DNA of 63,769 nucleotides, filler included, from Collodictyon triciliatum (taxonomy: Eukaryota), in assembly GCA_043381765.1 (NCBI GenBank). It is 7 parts of 7 records of this genome, joined end to end, with 100 filler letters (N's around TTAATTAATTAA, not from the genome) between each part and the next. Parts side by side here need not be neighbours in the genome. Positions count along the whole stretch, not along the records: positions 28,385 to 37,688 come from JBHJMP010003077.1; positions 37,789 to 47,093 come from JBHJMP010003078.1; positions 47,194 to 56,496 come from JBHJMP010003079.1; 4 more parts are not named here. One strand, 5' to 3'. The notes beneath the pieces are model-generated. The model searched no databases and had not been told where the DNA came from. It saw only the letters and a list, made by a program, of their open reading frames with translations. Position numbers and translations under genes: made by a program. Positions 35,550 to 47,808 of the stretch are shown here, in pieces (within the stretch, counting starts at the first letter, position 1; each line of letters begins with the position of its first letter).

Positions 35550-37102
35550 GGGATGTTGGCGTTTCAGATTCTGTAGATAATTTATCGAAGCTGACGCTGT
35601 GGTGAGCTAGAAAATTAGTAATGGTTTAGTTTTGTTACAATAAAGCTCGGTTATTGTTAAGTTCGAGTTTAAAATTATGTTTGAAGACAGTTCATCGATT
35701 TTTGCTTTACCAGGTTATTTGAGATATCCGGATTCACTATGGACGTTATGACGCTGATGCGCTCAGGAAAATCTACACACTTTTTGGGTATTTAATTTTC
35801 TTATAGATTCGGATTATTTACTTGAAGTGGAATATTACTTCGTTATGTCCCAGACAAAGGAAAGTAAGATTAGTCAAGAGTGATAAGCTCTGTGGCAAAG
35901 CACTGAGCCTAATGAGATAAAAGCTTAAATATTTGAAGTCGAATTGAAGTGTATTTGTCACCCATCCTCGTTTCGTGATTCCTATGTTCTGTCATAGTGG
36001 GTATTAGATTAGCCCATGGGTAATTCTTGCTTTAAGACAAAATTTCTAGTGCATTTGATGCCAGTTTCTCCTTGGAAGCCCCACTGAAATAAAAAAGACA
36101 GATTGATTACACTGTCGTACAGGTCTAAAAATGTCAAAGAATCTGCAATAGACATGGGCATATATGCAAAATATTCCGATTTATTCCAACATGGAGGCCT
36201 CAAAATACCAGAAAGTGCTCTTACAGTAGTTTTTTGCTCGTCTTTTTCAATGAATAGACACTTTAGTCTCCTGAGAGATGTAAACTGCGGTGGAAGTCTT
36301 CAGTCTATCTGAGATAAAAAAACCACTTTAATGAGCCCAGCTCTTACTGAATAAAGAGATGATTACCAAGGATTTGACGTATTATTTTATGGAAAAAATG
36401 TAACACATTAATTGAAAAGATAAAGCAGCACACCATATTCTGTACTATATTTAATTCTGAAAGATTTTAAAGGTTGGCTATTTCAGCAGTCATCGAGGCA
36501 GCTATATTGTTAGAAATGTTAAAGTATTTGAGACATGTCAGTTTTGATATATCAGTTGGAAGAAAAATAACTTGACTGTTGTATAAATGGGAAGCATTCA
36601 GATCCCACAAGGATGACATTCCTGCAGGAGGAAAGGAAAGGCAGTTGTTGGACTCTTTGAGCTCTCGGAGATTGTAAAGAGCTGAAATCTCTGTTGGAAT
36701 CGAAGAGAGTGCATTACTGGACATATCCAAGCTTGTCAAATACATAATGCTGCTTACTTGAATCGGCAAGGGTGAAAGTCTGTTATTCGAGACATGGAAC
36801 AACACAAGGTTGGTGAGAACCGACAGTACAGATGGGAGATATGATAAAACATTGACTCGGTCGCTGAGCCCAGTAAGCTTGGTGAGGGCTGATATATTTG
36901 CTGGGATAGCAGAAAGGTTATTGTGATAAAGGTCGAGACTAAGCAAGGCACTTAATTCATATACGCCCAATGACAGCGAAGAGAGCTCGCGGTGACCAAA
37001 TTCTAAGAATGTGCATGTTTTCAGTGCGGCTTTGCGACCGTCCAGGGTGAGTAACCGCTTTAGCTTCTCCAATTTTTCAATACTGCCGTGATAATTGTAC
37101 AT
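35550..37102 (-). pseudogene. Decayed LRR gene
   Basis: 36467-37102 encodes LRRs (LDLYHNNLSAIPANISALTKL) with eroded consensus positions; further frame-broken LRR remnants downstream (LTNLTFLCLGHN ~35840-35880; PERISVITSIVNPDISNN ~35715-35770). Confidence 0.65.
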
Positions 37103-38026
37103 ATTGCAGTGATTACCTGCAACTGAAATGGTGATTATTCTATGGGTATGATGTTTTCATTCTTTCGAGCCCTTATCAACTTCCGTGGCAAGTGTGAAGA
37201 GTTTTTCTGATGGTATTAAAAGATACAGTAGTGGGTGATGCGGGATTGAGTCGGTATTTTCCTCCAGATTACAAAAGATGTGGTTTTGAAGGAACCAATC
37301 CAATAATGGCCAATATAAATGCTTCCTGTCTATGAGACTAGCTGAATGTTTGCGGGTAGTGAGATGTGAGATGATATCCAAAGAGTCTGATGCTTGTTTA
37401 TCGTTTGTCAACACCCCAGGATACATGTATATTGCACTCTGAAAAAAAGTGGAATTTTTTTGAAATAAAAAAAAGGACAAATATGTTTGTTGTGGGCGGT
37501 AAGATGGCTTCGGGATAACCCCCAGACATTAATTGAATTGGGTCGTTTTCTTTTTCTTTTTTTTTTTGAGTTTTTTTGTGTTTTTTTGTGTTTTTTTTGT
37601 GTTTTTTTGTGTTTTTTTGTGTTTTTTTTGTGTTTTTTTGTGTTTTTTTGTGTTTTTTTGTGTTTTTTTGTGTTTTTTTGTGTTTTTTNNNNNNNNNNNN
37701 NNNNNNNNNNNNNNNNNNNNNNNNNNNNNNNNTTAATTAATTAANNNNNNNNNNNNNNNNNNNNNNNNNNNNNNNNNNNNNNNNNNNNTTTTTTTTTTTT
37801 GGTTTTTTTTTTTTGTGTTTTTTTTTTTGGGTTTTTTTTTATTGGGTTTTTTTTTATTGGGTTTTTTTTTTATTGGGTTTTTTTTTATTGGGGGTTTATA
37901 TTGGGGGGTTTATATTGGGGTTTTTTTTTATTAAGGTTAATAAAAAAAAATGCAACCTCGCTATTTTTCTTTTCTCCTCTTTTCATGGTAGTCTTGGATT
38001 ATTCACTTTGTAATTCTGCTCCGTAG

Positions 38027-41000
38027 TCCATATTCGGCAACTTCGACAATCTGTATTACTTTCACTGCGACTTCATCCTTCACTTCAACAATATGGCAAC
38101 CTCTTGGCCTTATATTGAAGACAAAATTGGGGGTATCTTCAAGAAGATGGTATATTAATTTCCCTAGTTGACCATGAAAGCAAAAAAATTATAACGTGCT
38201 GTGAGGTACTCAAAGACACTGTTTCTATTAGTTGAACTCTTTCACTGTCTATGAAGAATACACAAACAACTTTCGCCATTCCAAGGATGTTTTGTCCAGG
38301 CTGGAAGAAAATGAACCCTTTAGAGACCATCTTCGCGTAATTAGATAAACAGTTTCAAGGAAAATTATTATGAGCACAGTTGTATTTCCAACTCACCCAT
38401 TTTAATATATATTTATAGTAAAAGTATAAATAAAAAATGATGCAATATACATGAATAGTTGACTGTAGTCCAACATGCCGGCTTGTTACCACTCAATGCG
38501 TCGCTGGCGATACCCCTTCAAAGAGTTTCCAAGTACGAGACCATACTCGAAGTAATTTTTGAAATCACTTTTCACAATAATAATTATAATTATAATTATA
38601 ATGTCGCTCTGAAAATATACAAAATTTTGATGGAATGGTCTGAAATATCTGCTCCAATCGGTAATAATAGGACATCCTTGCTATAACTCCCCTGAATCAT
38701 CCTGACTACGTAGACTTAAAAGATGTGTGTGTCGAAATGAAGAGAATCAGCGCACATGTGCAGTCCAGGTGATTAGTATTTGTAATCCAATTGGGCTTGT
38801 CTGTAAGTTTTCCTCTCTTTAAAAGAAAAATGGTTTCCCTTTATTTCTCCAGACTCGAGCGATCGATTGACCGTGCTCAAGTTCTTGATGTTATGCAAAA
38901 ACTGGCAGATGGACATGTAATACCACCAGACCAATATCATATGAATTCAGACTATAAAGTTTGTTGTCTTTGGAGGTTTTCTAGGCATATTAAAAATAGA
39001 AATTAGGGCAATATAAATCTGGATTCTCGGTTTATTCGAGAGGGTGACCTCAGTGTTGTTGTGGAAAATAGATTACATGCACGCCACGCTTTTCTGTTTG
39101 ATGATCGAATTATATTAGCTAAATCAGATAGACGCAGGATGTACAAGTAAGTTCAAATATAATATTTTCCTTGCTGTGTTCTCTCAAATTTATCATTTGA
39201 ATTGTTTTATTTTGAATTATAATTTTTAATTTTTGTTGAATGTTGCAAGACAAGAACCAAGGCACTACTAATTCATTTTTAGATTTCGTGAGATAATGCG
39301 AATGTCCCAGATGCGATTCAGAGATCTTCCGGATACAACGCGTTGGTTATATAATTAAGAACTGAGATATTATTGAATGAATATTTTCTAACCTATGTAG
39401 ACAATTTTGAGTTCGTTAGTAATCTAATGGCGTTAAAATTTCACTTCACGTAGACGCACGAAATCTGTTTGAACTTGTGCTTGAAAGTCGCACCATAATG
39501 ATCTCAGCTCCCTCTCCAGAGGATAAAAGTCGATGGGTCTCGTCTATAACAAACCTTCTAAGTTACAGAGTCTCGAGAACTGGTTTTTTTCTCTTTTACA
39601 TGTTTTAATTTCCAGAGTATATATTTGATTTTATCAACCAGTAGAGTATTATTTGCAAGCATTTGTTCCATTGAGGAAATAAGTAAATAAATTAACTAGT
39701 TTTTGGCGCCCCGTTGGTAAATCTTCTGCATAGAGACCCGCAAGAACATGCTATCCCTGCATTTATTCGTGATGCTGTGGAAATTATAAAAAACACAGGC
39801 AATCTCAATTATGTATAGTAACAGTAATATTATCAAGATATTGATAATAGCCTTACCTATTTTCCTCCATTGGTATACTTGCTATGAACGATTGGCAAGT
39901 ATTTCGATTTATTCCTGGCATTCTTCATTCTCACTGGTGATGGGTTCCTAAGCAAATCCCAACAATATAGCCATTGAGTCGGAGGGCATTTTCAGAATAC
40001 CAGGTGATGCGGCTGTGTTGGAAGAATTACGAGAGCAACTTAATTCCGGTCGTGGCTATGATTACAGACAGTACAGCTGCGATACGCTTGCATCAGTGCT
40101 CAAGATGTGGCTTCGCGACTTACCAGAGCCTTTAATCCCCTACTTCCTGTATGAAGAAATCATCTCGATATCGGGTAAGAAACTATTTTCGGGAAAAAAA
40201 GAAACCTCAATTTTTTTTTCGTCTCATATTATTATATGGCTTCCTGAAAACAATTAAAATGATTAGGTATTATGGACTCTGAAGAGAAATTTAGGCTATT
40301 CAAAGATCTTATATTTAAAATACCCCATTTTAATCGAAATGTATTGCAATATTTCTCAAATTTTCTTTATGAGTAAGCTTTATATCCTTAAATGAACCTG
40401 TGTTTTAGGTTTTAAAAAAGCATGATGNNNNNNNNNNNNNNNNNNNNNNNNNNNNNNNNNNNNNNNNNNNNNNNNNNNNNNNNNNNNNNNNNNNNNNNNN
40501 NNNNNNNNNNNNNNNNNNNNNNNNNNNNNNNNNNNNNNNNNNNNNNNNNNNNNNNNNNNNNNNNNNNNNNNNNNNNNNNNNNNNNNNNNNNNNNNNNNNN
40601 NNNNNNNNNNNNNNNNNNNNNNNNNNNNNNNNNNNNNNNNNNNNNNNNNNNNNNNNNNNNNNNNNNNNNNNNNNNNNNNNNNNNNNNNNNNNNNNNNNNN
40701 NNNNNNNNNNNNNNNNNNNNNNNNNNNNNNNNNNNNNNNNNNNNNNNNNNNNNNNNNNNNNNNNNNNNNNNNNNNNNNNNNNNNNNNNNNNNNNNNNNNN
40801 NNNNNNNNNNNNNNNNNNNNNNNNNNNNNNNNNNNGTCCATCTCAGACCTTCCGAAAATCATCCGTGCATTGAACTACATTATTCAAAACCATCGCACTC
40901 TATTCCGACCGATTGACCAAGAGGAAGAACACGATATGTCGACCGTCACAAATGCATCATCCGAAACAAACAAGTCTACAGAAACTGATTTGTCTTCAGA

Positions 41001-41115
41001 ATGCTCTGAGGAAGAGCTTTCCAACGTAGAGCAAATCGGCGGCTGTGAAAGTGAAAATGAGGAATCGAATCAAATGGGCGGCTCATGCGATGGTGAAAAA
41101 GAGGAGGAGTATTGA
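38027..41115 (+). CDS. RhoGEF(DH)-PH-RhoGAP protein, multi-exon, 5' truncated, contains an N gap
   Basis: SIFGNFDNLYYFH, LAIPLQRVSKYETILE and HPDYVDL (DH); FIREGDL...AFLFDDRIILAK (PH); VFGAPL, EGIFRIPG (arginine finger) and ASVLKMWLRDLPEPLIP (RhoGAP); acidic tail. Confidence 0.85.
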
Positions 41116-41524
41116 TGTAGGATTCTCAAAAAAAAAAAAAATACAGGAGACCCTGTATAAGAGAAAAGCGCTCTATGCACATATACCCGCATATGAAAAC
41201 TCCACCAAAATTACATCATAACTTCAAACTGTCCTTATGAAATGAAAGGCGATATCGACATGGGTTATGAATTCATAGATTGGTTTAATTTGAATAATTA
41301 TTATTTTTAATTTTATTCAATCGCCACCGTATCCCCATAAATCATTTTTTGGTTCGTGAACTCTTTGGAGGACCTCTTCGATTTTATTAATGTAATATAT
41401 ATAAGAGCAAAATGTGTCATCCAAGCATATTTATGCAAAACAGTAAACAGTATTATCATATCCATGCTTTACACATCGTATCAACCTTATGAATCAGAGT
41501 GGACATAGACACCGGCTGGTTGGG

Positions 41525-44500
41525 CTACTTGGGCATTTGGAAATAGTAGCCGGACTCATTGGACGGGGATTGAAACCGTGCAAGGCGAGTGCGGCCAAAT
41601 ATCCCGGAAACATTCACAGAGACTGCATCGTAGCGCTCCTTGATGATGAACTTGAACCTCTCCACTTGGTAACGAGAAACCGAGAAAACGAGAATCATAA
41701 TCATGACAAAGTTGACTGTCACGCATATTGTCTCCAAAGCATCGCTTTGTCCGACCACGTTTGATACAAACCCAATCAGATACGAGAATGTCAGGACATA
41801 CAAACTAGCAAGCTCAAGGTGGTTGTCGAGCTTGTGGTTGTACGGGTACACGGAGTGGTGGAGAAAAGTGGAGGCCTGTTGCATAAAATATCGCATTTAT
41901 TATCATAGAAATAGGTCTAAATGTGTAATGTGCATATTATATTACATGGCATCTTATGTCATCTTATCTTATGCATGTGGCTTTGCAAGATTGTAAAACA
42001 GAAATTGGCAAATCGTGGTTATTAGGTCTATAGATGTAGAATGTGAATATAATGGTCGGTGTGTATTTACCTGTAAGATAAAGAATATAGAAATCGTGGA
42101 CACTCCCGGCCGTGTGTAAGGGACAACATTTATTACTATGGCCAACAAAAGTCTCCGGGTTAAGGTAACAAAGTCCCAATAGAAGAATTTCTAAATTAAA
42201 ATAAGAAATAAAGTATGATATCGGCGCTGTGACTGCATACCCCTTTTGTTATATGCATTTAACAAGGGCATAGAAAGAAGAAGAAAAAAACAGGAATAAA
42301 GTAGTGTTTGAGTTTAAGCTGTTAGAGTCCCCTGAAAAAATGAAATGTACGTACTATATGCCATCTCTCATTAAAGTAAAAAATATTTATGCATTAAAGT
42401 AAAATGAAAAGGTGGTAGCTCTACTTACTTCTTTGTAGACACCACAGAATGAGCTGTATATCATGTCAGAGTAATAGTCCAAGGGTGCCTTATCGCGCTT
42501 GTTGGCTTGACGGAAGATGTAGTATGCCCCAAGAATAGGATAGGCGAGTATGTAGAGGAAAAATACTACCAGAGATGCTCCAAGCATGATTTTATAGTCA
42601 TCGGCCATCGGAGAGCACGACAACCACGGATGTTCATTCAGATACCATGTATCATCCGCTTCAGAATAAAGAACACAGGAAAATACTTGGAATACTCGTT
42701 CAGCTGTCCTTGTGTACATAAATTGAAGGAGGAATAGGCATATATGCAGTACCTATAGTGGTTAAGCCAAATAATAAAATTATTTATATCATTTAGTCAA
42801 TAAGATATCAGATTCAGTATTTTCTTCTAGGGTTTACCCTACCTTAAAGTCGAAATGTCGCAAATTGAAAGGAAGAATAAAAAATTAAAAAAAGAAACTA
42901 AGTGAAATCTTAATCATATTGCCGGAAGAATAGAAATTAGCTCGGAAGGTTTAAGTGTCAAGGGCTTTCGTACCTTTGAAAATCGAGAATATCTCGTGAA
43001 TTTGTAGCTTAAAACAAGAACTATTGGCATCACTACGAATCGTGAATAGCTGACAAGATAGGGAGTGTATATGCTCGCATTCTCATACAGGCATCCCTTG
43101 TTTTGGATATTTTACGGTTAAAAATGATCTTTTCATCAAACAGCTAAACATAATAGCCACTATATTGATAGTAGAATAAGGGTTGATAAAAACAGATCTA
43201 ATATATATATAAAGAAAACCCCTTCATGAGAGATTTATGGATTTTATTTATATCGAGAAAATACCTGAGATAGATATTCAACGTTTGATAATTTTGCAAA
43301 TGCAAAAAATGGCTCCGTCCCTGCGCTGCTGTCACTCGAAGTAAATGAGCATGAGACTAGCAGAGATAGTAGCTGAAGGTGGATAAACAGTATTCGCAGT
43401 AATCCTACATATGCGGTGAAGTATATGAGAGTTTGCAAACAGAGATGAATAAAATGGTGAATAAATTTCCAAATATTAATTGCTTGATTATTACAATTAT
43501 TATATCAAGGAACAAAAAAAAAAAAATAACAAGCACAAAGTAATTGAATGCCATATAATAGATCTTTACCTGATTCATGAGAGGACACCCTTGCTATGAA
43601 AAAGAACAAGGCGAACACATACAAGGGAATTAAAAAGTAAAGAGCGAATCGAGACGAACTGGTGCATTCGTTACAAGAGTAGTCATTTTTTGTAAAGCCC
43701 CTGCTGCATTTCGAACACAACCTGTCTTCATATCCAACTTTGCAAGTGAAAGTAATCTCTTCATTAGGATTACACGCCTCTGCGTTAGGGCATACATACA
43801 ATTCGTGGAATCCATTTTCCTTCCTTTGAGGAAAGCACTCCTGAACAACCGATCCACCTGGACACTTGCAATCAAAAGGGCATTTTGTGCACGTTCCATT
43901 TGAACCCATCGAATCAGATAAACATATGCAGTATCGATAGTTATAATAGTCTGGGTCCAGCTTTACGGTCGCAGAGCCTTCATTCCCTTGTATTTGAGGA
44001 CAAACATACATGTCTGTTAAGATGGACAGCTCAAATTGTGTTGTGGTTTGGAAGCTAGGAGGAAGAGAATTTGTGGGTGATGACGAACGTAAGTTAGTTT
44101 TGCTCAAGTCAAGAAGGACTAATTTTTGAAGTTGATCGATAGATTCTGGTATATCCCCAACAAAAGGATTTCCTGAAAGGTCGACATCTTCCCACATAAT
44201 GGGTGCTGATATTGGTTCTAATGTACCGAGCAGGTTGTTTGCCAGATTAATTTTTGTCGCCCTCCCTAGAAAGTTGTATATTATACCATCCAATGTTCCA
44301 TATAGAAAGTTATTTTGAAGGTTTATACTTTGAGCTCGAAATGGTGTGTTTGCACGGACAACTGTGAAGAAATAAAAGAATGAATGTATATCGTAAGAAA
44401 GCTTATTGTAGCTCAAGTCTATCACATTTAAGTTTGAGTCTGATCCAAATAGATTGAAGGGAACAAAATTCAACTGATTATTCCTCATACAAAGCACTTC

Positions 44501-46929
44501 TAATGATGGGTTCCCTGAAATGTCAGGAATGGCTCCTGTGAAATTGTTGCTTGATACTTCAATAGAGAAAAGATTTGGCGTGCCCGAAAATTTTTCAATA
44601 GTTCCGTTTAACTGATTGAAGCTCAAGTCGATTTCCCTCAGATTTTTTGATTTGAATGGTGGATAGCTTCCAGTAAAGTTATTTCGAAACAAAGCGAGAC
44701 TTTCAAGGGATGGGCAATTTGCAAAGGTAGGTATAGTTCCCATTAAATAGTTTGAGGACGCAGAGAATGAGCGCAATAGAGGAAGGTGGAAATCTGGTAA
44801 GGTTCCTGTGAGGTTGGTATCTGCTACTGAGAGAATTTTTAAAGATGGGAGATTTTCAAAGTTGGGTATATCTCCTTGGAGATGGTTGGATGTTACCCAT
44901 AACTCATTAAGAAAACTTAACTTTGCAAAGCTAGGAATGGTTCCATTGAGTTTGTTGGCGTTGAGGGCTAATATGGTGATATACATGCTATTTTCGAAGT
45001 TGGGTATTTCCCCACTTATATCATTAATAAAAATAGATATCTCTCGTAGGTAAATAGAGTCACTGAATACAGGCAATGGTCCCTCAAGTCTGTTATTGAA
45101 TAGAGACATAACTTCAAGCACTGGGAGATTGGAAAAAGAAGGTAAGGTTCCCTTAATATTGTTCCCAAATAAATATAGCTGCTTCAATTTTATGCACTGA
45201 AAGTTTGGTATAGTCCCGGATATTTCATTCAGCTGCAAGTACAAAACATCCAGAGAAGTCATATTTGAGAAAGTGGGTAGCTGGCCGGTCAATCTATTAC
45301 TGAAAAGAGACAGCATAGTGGTGGAGAAAAGGTTTGTGAAATTTGGTATTGTTCCAGTAATTTTGTTGCCAAAAAGTGATATAATGATTGCATTATTGAG
45401 TTTTTGAAAGTTTGGTAACTCGAAAGAAAGCCTATTTCGAGAGAGAATCAATTTTGTGACAAGGTTATATTGATTTAATTTCGGAAGATAACCATACAAT
45501 AAATTATCATCAAATCTTATCTCTTGAATGTATGCCAAATTCTCGAAAGATGGAAAAGTTCCCTCCAAGAAATTATATGATCCATCCACAGTTTGGAGCA
45601 TGCTGGCTTCCAAAACCGAGGGTATTGACCCATCTATTCTGTTATCATAAAATATCAGCACTGAGCAGTTTTGGTAAAAATTTGGAAATGAGCCAGATAG
45701 TTCATTATCACCTATGTTGATCACTGTGGAATGATAAGGAACTAAAATATTATTGACGTCTCCGTGTAAGTTATTTCCGTGTAAATCGATTTGTTCGAGA
45801 AAAGGACATCCGAGAAAATCCGGTATTGGGCCTTCCAGGAGGTTTAGAGAAGCAGAGAACTCAAATAAGTAAGGCATGTGTTCCCAACGAGATATGGTTC
45901 CGTTTAAGATATTATCGTCCAGAGTTAAAGCTTTGAGATTTGTTAAATTCTCAAACGGTGGGATATTCCCATGTAACCTGTTTGTTCGTAAGTAAAGCAT
46001 TTCCAAGCCTAACATGTATTGAAAGTTTGGTATGGTTCCTGTTAGTTGATTGTTTGGTAGTTGCAGAATAGTTAGTTTGGGTAGATTCAGATCTACTAGG
46101 CTTCCGTGAATCATATTTCTGTGCAGAAGTACTCTTTCAAGTGTATTAAAATGCTCTAGCTCGGATTTTATTGTACTAAAGTCTCCATCTAAGTCATTGG
46201 ATGATAGGTCTATCTCAATTACTGGGCATTTTCCATCCTATAAAGTGGGGTGTAGGATTGTTATCAGTAATATGAGCTCTTGAAACTCAAGCAAAATAAA
46301 ACAAGAGGGAAAAGAAAGAGCAAATATCGCAAATATCGCAAATTTAAAAGGAAAGGTAGAGGCAAAAGTAAAACGTAAAACGTAAAAGCAAAGTTCTTTT
46401 AAAAAAATCTTTAACAAAAAATGCCAGATATATGTGAATCGTGTTCTTCAAATGTTAAAAGAAAATCTCGTTTTTTTTTTTTTGGGAAGATGGGTCATGT
46501 AATGCAAAGTTACAATAAAAATTGAAACATCACTAACCCCACAATTTTCATTTCGGCATACAGTCGAACAAGTCACTCCCTTCCAGAAGCAATAGCATGT
46601 AGAGTTACTTAGCCAATTTGTTTTATCATACCAAGACTTGCCATTCATTTTTTCATAAAAGGATTCCAAGGCTGCAGCGTTTGATTCAAATATCACTTCC
46701 TTAAGTGAGGCTGACTTGCTTTGATGTGGAGGTTGTTTTTTAATTTGATCAACATTTGCCTCCTTATCTTTGTGATTTTTTTGGTAATAACTATCATACC
46801 AATCAATATATTCTGCATTACTCTGCCTTTTATGGATCAGTTCCTTTACTATGTAGACAGCATCATCACACCCCAGCTCAGTTATGAAGATGTTCATATC
46901 TTCACTCAACAGGACAGTGTTCTCTCCTC
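41525..46929 (-). CDS. Receptor-like protein: LRRNT cap + ~28-30 plant-type LRRs + Cys-rich region + multi-pass TM domain (5' likely truncated)
   Basis: ALESFYEKMNGKSW..NWLSNSTCYCFWKGVTC cap; LxxLxLxxNxLxGxIPxF repeats; CKVGYEDRLCSKCSRGF; TM exons RILFIHLQLLSLL, RVFQVFSC..WYLNEHPWLSC and YPYNHKLDNHLELASL. Confidence 0.85.
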
Positions 46930-47015
46930 TGTCGGAGGATTTTAGTTAGAAGTAGAAACGCTTTTAATTTATGCTGTTTTTTGTTTTTGTTTTTTTTTGT
47001 TTTGTTTTTGTTTTT

Positions 47016-47093
<78 letters not shown>

Positions 47094-47193
47094 NNNNNNN
47101 NNNNNNNNNNNNNNNNNNNNNNNNNNNNNNNNNNNNNTTAATTAATTAANNNNNNNNNNNNNNNNNNNNNNNNNNNNNNNNNNNNNNNNNNNN

Positions 47194-47275
<82 letters not shown>

Positions 47276-47808
47276 TCTGCGTCCATTTACCGTCTCGCCC
47301 TCTTTTCTATATGATAAATTATTTTTTAATGAATAAAAAATTATTTATTCCTAACCCATTTTTTTTATCACAACATCTATTTTAAATGAAGACATAGCAT
47401 TAGACCGCCAACTATATTCATCTGATATACGTTATTTATTTGTAATTTTTTAAATAGTTTCGTTATCAAAGACAAATGGTTTATGGGATGCTCGCTGTCA
47501 ATACGCCAACATGCTTTATCAATAGTCTCCACAATTTTTTTATCATTCTTTATTTTATTTTAAATATAAGGAACATGGGGAATTTGTCCTTCGTTTTCTC
47601 GAGATAGTTATTACCAGATGAAGTACCTCAGAGCGTTTTACACAATCACTGTGTCGAAAAGAAGTATTCAAATGAACAATACAATTAATTGATAGGAGAA
47701 ATTATCTTGGTAAGTTGATTTATTACAAAACGCTGTGGTAAAGCCGAGCATATGCCATGACGCAAAATTAAAAGGAATGTAGAAAAGGAAGAGAAAGGAT
47801 GTCTTCGT

